Source: Calditrichales bacterium (GTDB lineage Bacteria; Calditrichota; Calditrichia; Calditrichales; J004). From it: a DNA stretch of 64,000 nt. The translations under genes and the position numbers were made by a program. The notes beneath the pieces are model-generated. The model made no database searches. It was not told the DNA's origin and saw only the letters and a list, made by a program, of their open reading frames with translations. The stretch spans positions 1,088,001 through 1,152,000 of the forward strand of contig OZ254086.1 of NCBI GenBank assembly GCA_965267575.1, written 5' to 3'. This document shows, in pieces, positions 27,320-37,400 of this stretch (the stretch's first letter is position 1; every line of letters begins with the position of its first letter).

Positions 27320-27922
27320 ATGAATAAAAATCCCGATACGTACCAGGTGCCGACGGAGAGCTATAGCGCCGAGATCAAGGTCAAGGGCTCGCGTTTTCTG
27401 GCGACGGTTGTGGCGGTTGCTTCGGTGAAAGACGCGGAGCAGCGCTATGCCGAAATCGCCAAAAAGTATTACGACGCCACGCACAACTGCTACGCCTGGC
27501 GCGTCGCTGCGGATACCTTTCGCATTTCCGATGACGGCGAACCATCGGGTACGGCGGGACGGCCCATTCTGCAGGCGATTGAAGGCAGCGAACTTTTGGA
27601 AATACTGGTGGTGGTAACGCGCTACTTTGGCGGCACAAAGCTGGGCACAGGCGGACTGCTGCGCGCTTACGGTGATGCCGCGGCCCTGGCGCTGAAAGAT
27701 GTGCCGCGCAAAACGAAGATCCGCGTGCAACAGATTGCCCTGCGTTTTGACTACGCGCTGGAAAAGACCGTGCGCCACCTGCTGGACAATTTTGGCGGAC
27801 GCATCGCCGCCAGCGATTACAGCGCCGGGGTAAAAATGGAAGTGCTTGTGCCGCAAAGCCGGATTGACGATTTTAAGGATCGGCTTTTGGAAATGACCCA
27901 CTCGGCGGTGGAACTGGAGTAA
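27320..27922 (+). CDS. yigZ: YigZ/IMPACT family protein
   Basis: KGSRF, DATHNCYA, SDDGEPSGTAGRP, VVTRYFGGTKLGTGGLLRAY. Confidence 0.93.
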   Translation: MNKNPDTYQVPTESYSAEIKVKGSRFLATVVAVASVKDAEQRYAEIAKKYYDATHNCYAWRVAADTFRISDDGEPSGTAGRPILQAIEGSELLEILVVVTRYFGGTKLGTGGLLRAYGDAAALALKDVPRKTKIRVQQIALRFDYALEKTVRHLLDNFGGRIAASDYSAGVKMEVLVPQSRIDDFKDRLLEMTHSAVELE

Positions 27923-27924
27923 GC

Positions 27925-28890
27925 ATGGCGGACAAAAAAGAGAAAAAACCTGCAGGCGCCAAAGACAAAGCGCTGGAAGTTAAGAACGTCTCCAAGGCGC
28001 TGGCCGACAGCATGGTGATCGATGACCTCTCCTTTACCGTGCGCGGCGGCGAAACATTCGGATTGCTGGGCCCCAATGGCGCCGGCAAAACCACGATGAT
28101 GCGCATGATCATGAATATCATCCGGCCGGATGAAGGCGAGATTGTTTTTGACGGCAATGAACGCGGCAAGATTAAAGCGATCCATTTTGGCTACCTGCCG
28201 GAAGAGCGCGGCCTCTACCCCTACGCCACCGTGCTGGATACCTTGATCTACTTCGGCACACTTAACAATCTCAGTAAGCGCAAAGCAGAGGTAGAAGCGA
28301 TCCGCTACCTGGACCGCCTTGGTCTGGTGGATTTTACCGATAGTAAGATCAACACGCTTTCCAAGGGCATGCAGCAAAAAATCCAGTTTATCAGCGCCTT
28401 CCTGCACGATCCCGATGTACTGATCCTCGATGAGCCCTTCTCCGGCCTGGACCCGATCAACCAGATCGTGCTGCGCGACATCCTGCGCGAGTACAAGGAA
28501 AAACGCAAGATCCTGATCATCTCAACGCACATGATGGACGTGGCCGAAAAAATGTGCGACCACATCTGCCTGATGAACCGCGGGCGCACGGTACTGGATG
28601 GACGCATCGCGGACATAAAAAAGAAATACCGCGAAGACGCCTACTTTCTCGATGCCGACGACACGCTGGCTTTTCTGCAGAGTCACAGCGGCGTGGAGGT
28701 GCTCGAAGAGTACAACACGGCCTACAAATTCCGCTTTATCGATCCCAAAATAGACGTGGCCGATTTTCTGAAAAACGCCGGCTCTAAAATCCGTATCCGC
28801 CGCTTTGAGGTCGTCGAACCGTCGCTGCATGATATTTTCCTGGACATCATTCACAATTCCGGCGGCGCCGAAAACAGTGTACAGAAATAG
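27925..28890 (+). CDS. ABC transporter ATP-binding protein (NatA-like)
   Basis: GPNGAGKTT, GYLPEERGLY, LSKGMQQK, ILDEPFSGLDP, EPSLHDIF. Confidence 0.92.
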   Translation: MADKKEKKPAGAKDKALEVKNVSKALADSMVIDDLSFTVRGGETFGLLGPNGAGKTTMMRMIMNIIRPDEGEIVFDGNERGKIKAIHFGYLPEERGLYPYATVLDTLIYFGTLNNLSKRKAEVEAIRYLDRLGLVDFTDSKINTLSKGMQQKIQFISAFLHDPDVLILDEPFSGLDPINQIVLRDILREYKEKRKILIISTHMMDVAEKMCDHICLMNRGRTVLDGRIADIKKKYREDAYFLDADDTLAFLQSHSGVEVLEEYNTAYKFRFIDPKIDVADFLKNAGSKIRIRRFEVVEPSLHDIFLDIIHNSGGAENSVQK

Positions 28891-28917
28891 GCAATCAGGC
28901 ATGAGGCAAAATGACAG

Positions 28918-29024
28918 ACCGGGAGATCCTTCGTGGAGCTCAGGATGACAGGAGCGCATACTGTCATCCCGGCCTGTCCCGATGCCATTTATCGGGGTTT
29001 GGCGCAGCCAACACCGGGATCTCC
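28918..29024. repeat. GTCATCC-type REP pair with a nested CCCGAT...ATCGGG palindrome
   Basis: GATCCT...CAGGATGACA followed by TGTCATCCCGG[CCTGTCCCGATGCCATTTATCGGGG...]CCGGGATCT. Confidence 0.65.
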
Positions 29025-29065
29025 AGACGCACCCATGCTTCTCATGGTGAAAAAAAGGAAATAAA

Positions 29066-30568
29066 ATGAAAAACATTCTACGAATCGCCCGCTGGGAATT
29101 TATCAGCCGTCTGCGTTCCCGCGCCTTCATTTTCAATACCTTTATCTCGCCGCTGATCTTTGCGCTGATCCTGCTCCTGCCGGTCTATTTTATCGCCTAC
29201 GATGAGGATGTCTCCGTCAAACTTGTCGGCGTCGTCGATCTCTCCGATAAAAACATGGGCGTGGAACTGCAAAACGCCCTCAGCCGCGAATACCGTCTGG
29301 ACAACCGCCTGGCCGAATACGAAGTATTCAACATCAACGTCAACAACTCGCCCATTTACCGCTCAATGAATTTCGAATACCAGGATATCAACAATCAGGT
29401 CGATTCGATCAGCGCCTTGCTGAATCAGATCAAGGAAGAGCGCGAGGGCATCTATAAAAACCAGTCCACGCCCAACCGCCAGTTCCGGCTGGATCAATCC
29501 TACGAACGGCTGGTCGAGGTACGCGACGAGAAGCAGCTCCTGGAAATTGAAAAACAGCGTTACAAGGTGGCGCTGGACAGCGTTTACCTACAGCAGGCGC
29601 GCATCATGGCCGATTCGATGATTGCCAGGGGCGTGCTAAGCTCCTATCTCGTTTTTCCGCAGGATTTTGTCCGCACCGGCGAGGTGGAGTACCATTCGCG
29701 CACACCGGGAGACCTGCTGGATACGGAGCGTCTGGAAAAGGCATTGCAGAATATTGTGCTGCGTAAACGGTTAGCAGATATTCGCATAGACCGCCGCGAC
29801 ATGCGTGACCTGTTGCGGCCGGTGGAGCTGGAGAAATACACCATGAGCGGCGGCATGGCCGAGGAATGGAATCTTTATGCCCAGTTTTACGGCCCGCTGA
29901 TCGCCGTATTCCTTTTGTTTGTGGCCATCTTTACCACCGGCGGCCACCTGTTCAGCGGCGTTCTCAACGAAAAGACCAACCGCGTTATGGAAGTGCTGAT
30001 GTCCTACGCCAGTGGCACGCAGATCATGGGCGGAAAAATTCTGGGCATGGGCAGCCTGGGCCTGTTCCAGATCTTCTGCTGGTTCCTGCTCACCATTATC
30101 CTGCTGGGTCTGGGCGTCATCAGCGGCAGCGGACTGAGTTACCTTAATGCCACCAACGCTTTTTACTTTATCTTCTACTTCGCGCTGGGCTTTCTTTTTT
30201 ACGGTTCGATTTTTATCACGGTGGCGTCTGTATTTTCCAGTGAATACGACGCCCAGCAGGTGAATCAGGTATTGCGCACGCTGGCCATTATGCCGGCCCT
30301 GTTATCGCTGCTTGTACTCAACGATCCCAATGGGACGCTGGTGCGCGTGCTCAGCTACATTCCCTTTCTCACGCCTTCGTTCATGATCCTGCGTATCCCG
30401 CTCAGCAGCGAACCCCTGCAGACGGACATCGCCATCACCGCCATCATCATGCTGATATCGATCCTGTTTATGATTGTTATTGCCGGCAGGCTCTTCCGCG
30501 TCAACACGCTGATGATGGGCAAAAAACCCACCTGGAAAGAGATCCTGCGCTGGCTGCAGCAAGCCTGA
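29066..30568 (+). CDS. ABC-2 transporter permease (NatB-like)
   Basis: IARWEF..R.RSRAF, EKTNRVMEVLMS, IMGGKILG, LSYIPFLTP; contains a long periplasmic coiled insertion. Confidence 0.9.
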   Translation: MKNILRIARWEFISRLRSRAFIFNTFISPLIFALILLLPVYFIAYDEDVSVKLVGVVDLSDKNMGVELQNALSREYRLDNRLAEYEVFNINVNNSPIYRSMNFEYQDINNQVDSISALLNQIKEEREGIYKNQSTPNRQFRLDQSYERLVEVRDEKQLLEIEKQRYKVALDSVYLQQARIMADSMIARGVLSSYLVFPQDFVRTGEVEYHSRTPGDLLDTERLEKALQNIVLRKRLADIRIDRRDMRDLLRPVELEKYTMSGGMAEEWNLYAQFYGPLIAVFLLFVAIFTTGGHLFSGVLNEKTNRVMEVLMSYASGTQIMGGKILGMGSLGLFQIFCWFLLTIILLGLGVISGSGLSYLNATNAFYFIFYFALGFLFYGSIFITVASVFSSEYDAQQVNQVLRTLAIMPALLSLLVLNDPNGTLVRVLSYIPFLTPSFMILRIPLSSEPLQTDIAITAIIMLISILFMIVIAGRLFRVNTLMMGKKPTWKEILRWLQQA

Positions 30569-30644
30569 TGCTGAAATGCTGCAAATACCAAAAAATCATA
30601 CCAAACTTCACGCAGGTATAATTTGGAATCCGCCGGATTTGCGT

Positions 30645-30802
30645 TAACCCACGACTTCAGTCGTGGGACTTTGGCAAACGCAATACTTTCCAGTAACGGA
30701 TTCATCGGTTTCAAAGCAGCCCAGTCTCAAAAAACCGATAATGAATCGGTTTGCCGCAGTATAATTTCCCGAAGCAACGTCCCATGACTGAAGTCATGGG
30801 TA
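30645..30802. repeat. Inverted pair of CCCACGACTTCAGTCGTGGG palindromes (IS200/REP-like)
   Basis: CCCACGACTTCAGTCGTGGG at about 30648 and CCCATGACTGAAGTCATGGG at 30781. Confidence 0.72.
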
Positions 30803-30905
30803 AATGTAACAGGCTTATTCACGGGTTAACAACCTCGTTGCTGGCTTTAGACTTGATCTTTAGAGTTTATTTGAGATTTGGGATTTGTATTTTGGAATTT
30901 TCTTC

Positions 30906-32876
30906 TTAGAAGTTCCAGGCCAGTTGGGCGCGCAACTCACGGTCCAGGTCATAGCCCGGTCTGCCGTATCGTCCTGTTTCTTCCCGCGCCTGGTAGCGCC
31001 ACTTCAACCACACATCGATATTTTCATACAGCTTCTGGCGCAGCCGGATGTAGAATTTGTAGCCGTTGCCGTAAAGCGCGCGGTTGGCAAAACTGCCCGG
31101 CAAGTCATGCTCATACTCATAAATGCGGCTGGTGTAGGAATCGGTCTTAAACAGCGTCAGCCGCGTACTGATCTCCGTGTTTCGCGCCGCCTGGAAACGC
31201 ACATCCTGGAAAAGCAGCGTGCCCTTTTCGCGGTAATGGCTGATTTGCGTATGCTGCCAGCGGCTGCGCAGCTGCACGTCACGCGAAAGCACAAAACGCC
31301 CCTCCACGCGCCATTCGTTTTGCAGCGGCTGCACCCGTTGTTGCGGCCCATCTTGTTCAATAAATATTTGCGATTGTTTTTGCCGCCAGCGCGCGCTCAG
31401 TTCATTTTTATTCAGCTTCCAGTCCACCTGCACCAGGCCGTCACTCTGCTGCATCGGCAGCTCATCAAAAAAGCTGCGCCAGATCTCCTTTTCCAGCAGG
31501 CGGTAGCCGCTCAAGGTCACTTGCCGGACAGGCCGGAAGCGTAGCGTGGCATAGAGAGCCTGCGCGCCCTGCGGGGCGTCACTGCTGCTGTCGAACAGGT
31601 TGCCGTCAACGGCCTGCCATTTCTTGTCCAGATGGGTAAAAAGCAAACCCGCCTGCCAATCATCCTTCCTCAGCAACAACGACTGAAAAAGCGCCGGGCT
31701 GCTGTTGTGATCGATGGCCGCTTCACCGGTCCATTGCAGCGGACCCAATCCGGCACTGTAAAAAAAGCTGATGTGCTGTGCCCTGCTTCCGCTGAAGGCA
31801 AAACGCTGCCGGCGCCACTCGTTTTCGCTAATAACCGGGGGCCGCGCTTCAAAGGATTTGTTATAGCTGTAATTGTCCCACAGCAGACCAACGTCAACTT
31901 TTCCCAACCGTGCCGTGGCTGCCATACCCAGCAGAGTCTCGTCAATTCCCCGGTAGCCGTTGATCTCATTGGCGCTGCGGTGGTAGCCGTCGTTGCGCAG
32001 CGAAACCGGTGTATCGCCTTCAAAACGCACATCGCGGGCAGTGCGTGCCGCAAACAGGTGAAGTTCGATGTTTAACGGTAAAGCCCCGCCGACATAGATG
32101 CCGCGCTTACCCGCATTCTCCGAGCTGCTGATATGGGGCCGGGCGCGCACGCCGCGGAAGCGCAACGAGTAGGAGGGCAGCAAACTTTTGCGCTTCCCGA
32201 AGGAGCCGCCCATTACCAAGCCGGAAGCCCACTGCACGTTGTAATCCCCGGCAATAATGCGCCAATTTTTTAAATCACCTTCTACCGCAAAATTAAAGTG
32301 GTCGGTGTAGCTTTCTTCGCCGGGATCTTTTTGGGCAATGGCCGCCAGCGACCACTGCCGGTTCCATTCAAAATTCAGCCGCGTGTAGCTGTAGAAAGCG
32401 TCCCCGGCATAACGGCCATCCTCAATCTGCGGGATTTTCTCAATCTTGTATGTCTGGCGCTGCACAACCTGGCGTCGCAGAGGCCGGGCCGGACGTGTAT
32501 CCAGCAAATCGCCCAGCAGGCCGTAGTATTCGTCACCCAAGATTGCGCGCAATGTACGCCGGCCATCTACTTCACCATTGCGCTCGCGCCAGGCCAGGAT
32601 GGAATCGGCCGCCCACTGCGGCATAAACGGTATATCCAGCAATTGCCCGCGATTGGCCTCGTTAACGCGCACCGGATTGCTCTTGTAATAATAGAACAGT
32701 TCGCTGCTGCCATCATCGTCATCATCGCTCAATTCAGGCAATAAAACACCCAGGCTGTCACTCTGTCCATAAAGAGACGAGGCAATCAGCAAAGAGGCGA
32801 AAGCCAGCCGCGTGAGGAAAAAGGAACAAATTCCGTATTGCTTAGAAAAAGTGAAACAACTATATTGAAACTTCAT
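30906..32876 (-). CDS. Helix-hairpin-helix domain outer-membrane protein (FCB type)
   Basis: PVRVNEANRGQLLDIP (HhH), KDPGE, GDY...W..GL, GYHRS..E, RIYEYEHD; C-terminal Phe. Start uncertain. Confidence 0.78.
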   Translation of the reverse strand: MKFQYSCFTFSKQYGICSFFLTRLAFASLLIASSLYGQSDSLGVLLPELSDDDDDGSSELFYYYKSNPVRVNEANRGQLLDIPFMPQWAADSILAWRERNGEVDGRRTLRAILGDEYYGLLGDLLDTRPARPLRRQVVQRQTYKIEKIPQIEDGRYAGDAFYSYTRLNFEWNRQWSLAAIAQKDPGEESYTDHFNFAVEGDLKNWRIIAGDYNVQWASGLVMGGSFGKRKSLLPSYSLRFRGVRARPHISSSENAGKRGIYVGGALPLNIELHLFAARTARDVRFEGDTPVSLRNDGYHRSANEINGYRGIDETLLGMAATARLGKVDVGLLWDNYSYNKSFEARPPVISENEWRRQRFAFSGSRAQHISFFYSAGLGPLQWTGEAAIDHNSSPALFQSLLLRKDDWQAGLLFTHLDKKWQAVDGNLFDSSSDAPQGAQALYATLRFRPVRQVTLSGYRLLEKEIWRSFFDELPMQQSDGLVQVDWKLNKNELSARWRQKQSQIFIEQDGPQQRVQPLQNEWRVEGRFVLSRDVQLRSRWQHTQISHYREKGTLLFQDVRFQAARNTEISTRLTLFKTDSYTSRIYEYEHDLPGSFANRALYGNGYKFYIRLRQKLYENIDVWLKWRYQAREETGRYGRPGYDLDRELRAQLAWNF

Positions 32877-32903
32877 TTGACCTGACTCGCGAGGATTGTA
32901 TTT

Positions 32904-33137
32904 ATGGCAAAAGGAACGCCCAAAAATAAGAAATCTGCATCTAACGTCCAAAGCTTCACTTTTGGCCGCCGCAACCTGATGCTGCTTGGTTTAGGTATAC
33001 TGGTCATTGCAATAGGATTTGTTTTAATGGCCCAGCCTCCTGTGGATGGCTTTTTATCGCGCACACTGGCCCCTATTCTTCTGGTGGTTGCCTACCTGGT
33101 CATCATCCCGATTTCAATCCTTGCGAAAAATAAATGA
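32904..33137 (+). CDS. DUF3098 small membrane protein
   Basis: F.F.RRN..L...G...I..GF.LM...TLAPILLV..Y. Confidence 0.75.
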   Translation: MAKGTPKNKKSASNVQSFTFGRRNLMLLGLGILVIAIGFVLMAQPPVDGFLSRTLAPILLVVAYLVIIPISILAKNK

Positions 33138-33207
33138 CAGGTATTGAAAAAAAATAAAAAGGTCAGTATCTTAAAAGTCTTGATTTTGAGTAAATAGCTC
33201 AATACCT

Positions 33208-33260
33208 GGGCGCTTAGCTCAGCTGGTCTAGAGCATCCCGATTTACATCGGGAGGGTCAT
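33208..33260 (+). pseudogene. Truncated tRNA-Val-like 5' copy with palindrome-replaced anticodon arm
   Basis: Identical to the first 28 nt of tRNA-Val, then TCCCGATTTACATCGGGA, GGGTCA; no T-arm. Confidence 0.7.
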
Positions 33261-33284
33261 TGACCGGCAAAAAACGAAAATCTT

Positions 33285-33359
33285 GGGCGCTTAGCTCAGC
33301 TGGTCTAGAGCACCTGCCTTACAAGCAGGGGGTCACTGGTTCGAATCCAGTAGCGCCCA
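33285..33359 (+). tRNA. tRNA-Val(TAC)
   Basis: Acceptor GGGCGCT/AGCGCCC, D-arm, anticodon arm CCTGC-CTTACAA-GCAGG, T-arm ACTGG-TTCGAAT-CCAGT. CCA is not encoded. Confidence 0.95.
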
Positions 33360-33408
33360 CACCAAACCCCGGTCCAATGGTGCCGGGGTTTTTTATTTTG
33401 GAGGATGT

Positions 33409-33657
33409 ATGTACTGGACCTACGTCATATACTCCCCATCTCATGATATCTTCTATATCGGCCAAACCAATAATCTGCAAGACCGCCTGCTGCGCCACAA
33501 CCAAAACAGAAATAAATACACAAAAGGCAAAGGACCCTGGCAGCTCTTTTTCTCTAAAGCCTTTGATACACGAGCGGAAGCAGTGCAACTGGAGCAAAAA
33601 CTAAAACGCTACAAAAACAAAGACTACCTAAAGGAGCGCTTGGCTGACCTGGTCTAG
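33409..33657 (+). CDS. Small GIY-YIG nuclease family protein (copy 1)
   Basis: YVIY...FYIGQTNNL..RL.RHN...YTK.KGPW.L...A..LE..LK; GGAGG RBS. Confidence 0.87.
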   Translation: MYWTYVIYSPSHDIFYIGQTNNLQDRLLRHNQNRNKYTKGKGPWQLFFSKAFDTRAEAVQLEQKLKRYKNKDYLKERLADLV

Positions 33658-33759
33658 GGCATCCCGATTACTATCGGGAGGGCCACCTGGTTCGAATCCA
33701 GTAGCGCCCACACCAAACCCCGGTCAAATGGTGCCGGGGTTTTTTAGTTTGGAGGATGT

Positions 33760-34008
33760 ATGTACTGGACCTACGTCATATACTCCCCTTCTCATGATAT
33801 CTTCTACATCGGCCAAACCAATAATCTGCAAGACCGCCTGCTGCGCCACAACCAAAACAGAAATAAATACACAAAAGGCAAAGGACCCTGGCAGCTCTTT
33901 TTCTCAAAAGCCTTTGATACACGAGCGGAAGCAGTGCAACTGGAGCAAAAACTAAAACGCTACAAAAACAAAGACTACCTGAAGGAGCGCTTGGCTGAGC
34001 TGGTCTAG
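33760..34008 (+). CDS. Small GIY-YIG nuclease family protein (copy 2)
   Basis: Differs from copy 1 by one residue (D to E near the C-terminus). Confidence 0.87.
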   Translation: MYWTYVIYSPSHDIFYIGQTNNLQDRLLRHNQNRNKYTKGKGPWQLFFSKAFDTRAEAVQLEQKLKRYKNKDYLKERLAELV

Positions 34009-34110
34009 GGCATCCCGATTACTAACGGGAGGGCCACCTGGTTCGAATCCAGTAGCGCCCACACCAAACCCCGGTCCAATGGTGCCGGGGTTTTTTATTT
34101 TGGAGGATGT

Positions 34111-34446
34111 ATGTACTGGACCTACTTCATAAACTCCCCATCTCATGATATCTTCTACATCGGCCAAACCAATAATCTGCAAGACCGCTTGCTGCGCCAC
34201 AACCAAAACAGAAATAAATACACAAAGGGCAAAGGACTGCGGCAATTGTACTTCTCCAAAGCTTTCGGAAACTGCGGAGATGTGATACGGCATGAAAGAA
34301 AATTGAAATACTACTATCCACATTTGATTTTTGCTTCTTTACATTTTTATAATTTGACGTTTCATCTTTTACATATAGCATCAGCTTATGCGCTTAACTT
34401 TTCTCGCTGTCTTATATTTTATAATGGGCAGTTTTTTGAATGTTGA
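34111..34446 (+). pseudogene. Degenerate GIY-YIG copy 3
   Basis: First ~50 aa are similar to copies 1 and 2; the ORF then diverges and reads into unrelated AT-rich sequence. Confidence 0.7.
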
Positions 34447-37400
34447 AGCATTCAATGATATTAAAATTGAACGGCTCCCACTTGATGATCCTTTGAAGGG
34501 AGCATTCACATTAGACATTCTTCAGGATAAGTATGGGTTTTTATGGTTTGCTACCGATAGGGGGCTTGTCCGATATAATGGGTACAACTTTCACATTTAC
34601 AAAAACCAAGTGCAAGACACTACCTCATTGTCGTCTAATCACGTGCTTTCGCTTTTTGAGGACAATTCAGGTTCGATTTGGGCCGGAACTTTGATTCACG
34701 GCTTGAACAGGTTAGACCGCACGACTGGAAAGTTTATCCGATATGTCGGAAAGCGGGATACCAGCACAACCAACCCCTATGAATTGGGCGCTAACCAGAT
34801 TTTAGATATATATGAAGACAGCCAAAACAATTTTTGGGTCGGTACTACATTAGGTTTATTGCGCCTGGAAAAGGGAAAATATAAAAAATTTCTACCGGAC
34901 AATGAAAACCCGAACTCTATCAGCGAAGGGCCCGTTACGTGTGTACATGAAGATAGCCGCGGAAGGCTTTGGATTGGTACAAATAGCGGCTTAAATCTTT
35001 ACGATAGAAAACAAAATAAATTCTCCTACTTTGATAACGCCAGCATGACCCGCCTACAAAAGGCCATTAACTGTATGACCGAGGACAGGAAGGGCAATTT
35101 ATGGATAGGGACATATGATGGATTGATCAGGTTTAATCCGGAAACGAAAACATTTAAGATTTTCAGACAGGAACCTGAAAACTCACAAGGTCTCAACAAT
35201 AATGTAATTTGGGACATACAGGAAGTCCGCTCCGGGCAATTATGGATAGGTACAGAGGGCGGTGGCGTTAATATCCTAAATCCAAAAACAAATGTATTCA
35301 GCTATGTAAAACATGACCCCGAAGATCCATATAGTCTTAACTCAGATTATGTCACCGCCATTTACGAAGACCGTACAGGGATAATATGGATTGGCACGGG
35401 AAGCATGTGGGGACGTGCCAAAGGCAAGGGTTTTGGTATTAATAAGTATGATCCGGACAAAAAACAATTTCATAACATTTCTATTAATCCTTTCTATACG
35501 GACTCGACGGTTTATATCGATGCGTATTCAGTATTAGTAGACCATTTAGGAGTTTTGTGGATTGGAACTAACGGCCAGGGCCTTATTAGCTATGATGAAT
35601 CAACGGACGAATATAACAGATATCTTCACGATCCTTCTGACGAATCCACCATCAGCGAAAACGGTATTATGGGTATGTATGAAGACAAAGCCGGCAAGCT
35701 TTGGTTTGGAACCTGGAACAGTGGATTAAATCTGTTTAATCGAGAAACAAAATCTTTCAGGCGCTATCAACATGATCCCAACGATCCTTTAAGCATCAGC
35801 TCCAATCGTATAAACGAAATGCTCGAAGATAGTAAGGGGCGTTTCTGGATTGCGACTTTTTATGGAGGGTTGAATCTATTTGATCGTGAAAATGACACAT
35901 TCAGACATTACGTTCGAAATCCTCAAGACCCAAATAGCATCAGTACAAACCAAACCAGCAGGTTGTTCGAGGATCATTTTGGTAACTTGTGGATATCTAC
36001 CTGGAGCGGAGGCTTAAATAAATTTAATTTTGAGGAAAACAAATTTGTCCGCTTTATGCACGACCCTAAAGACCCGAAAAGCATCAGCCACAATATTGTA
36101 AGAACAGTGGTTGAAGATGAAACATATGATCTTTGGGTAGCTACTGCGGGTGGACTTAATAAATTTAGTCGCTCTACAGGGACATTTAATTGTATTACAG
36201 AAAAAGACGGTCTTTTAAATAACCAAATTTCAGGTATCCTAAAAGATGACAGTGGCAGTTTATGGATTCAGGCGCGATATGGAATAAGCCGTTTTAATCC
36301 TACAACCCAAAAAATAAAGAATTATGACACTAATGACGGTTTAGTCAACTCCGCCTATTTAAGTGGGCCACCATATAAAAACAAAGCAGGAGAAATGTTT
36401 TTTCCCGGAAGATCAGGTGTGGACTTTTTTCATCCTGACAGCATAAAAGACAACCCTCATATTCCACCGATCGTCATAACTCGTCTGACCAAATATAACA
36501 GTGAAGTCAAAAAAAATGAACCACTCATTATTGATGATTTTTCTGGGAAAAAATCTCTCTTTCTTACGTATAAAGACCGCATATTGAATTTCGAGTTTGC
36601 TGCTCTTAACTACAGAAATCCTGCAAAAAACCAATATGCCTATAAACTCGATGGCTTTAACGATTCCTGGATTCAGCTTGGTACAAAACACGATGTCACC
36701 TTTACTGACCTTTCTCCGGGAAATTATACGCTGCATGTCCGCGGCTCCAACAACGACGGCGTTTGGAACATGGAGGGCACATCCCTGGAGATATATATTG
36801 CCCCGCCCTGGTGGCGCACCTACTGGGCATACGGCCTCTATTTTGCCATTGTGCTGGCCGCGCTGTTGAGTATCCGGGCCTATGAACTAAAAAGGCAGCG
36901 CCTTAAATACGATCTGAAAATGGAGCATGAACAGGCTGAAACCCTGAAAGAACTGGATCGGATGAAGTCACGCTTCTTTGCCTCCATCTCGCATGAATTC
37001 CGCACACCGCTCACGCTGATCAGCGGGCCCGTTGAACGGCTGCTTAAAAAGGGCCGGGCAGATCAGATAAAAGATCTAAAGCGTATTCAAAGTAATGCCG
37101 GCCAAATGGACAAGCTGGTAAAAATGTATCTTGAGCTGTCAAAACTGGAAAGCGGCAAGCTTGTTCTGCATCGGGAAAAATGCGAACTCATCTCGCTGCT
37201 GAAGATCGTGCTGGCCGCTTTTGAATCCCGGGCTGAAGCTGAGAATAAAAATCTGCGCTTTAAGACAGATCTTGCCCGTGCCATGGGGCAGGTTGATAAA
37301 GATATGTTTGCGCTAATCATGAACAACCTGCTTTCCAACGCTTTTAAATTCACCGCTGAAAACGGGGAGATTGAAGTATCCGCGCAGCTGAAACCCGGGG

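Larger units (their letters stand above)
33336..34265 (+). repeat. Tandem 351-bp repeat (about 2.6 copies): tRNA-like sequence, terminator and GIY-YIG ORF
   Basis: CTGGTTCGAATCCAGTAGCGCCCACACC at 33336, 33687 and 34038; ORF starts at 33409, 33760 and 34111. Confidence 0.95.

Noticed and set aside
33336-34265. Possible CRISPR array
   Set aside because: Units are 351 bp, near-identical throughout and protein-coding; there are no unique spacers or cas genes.
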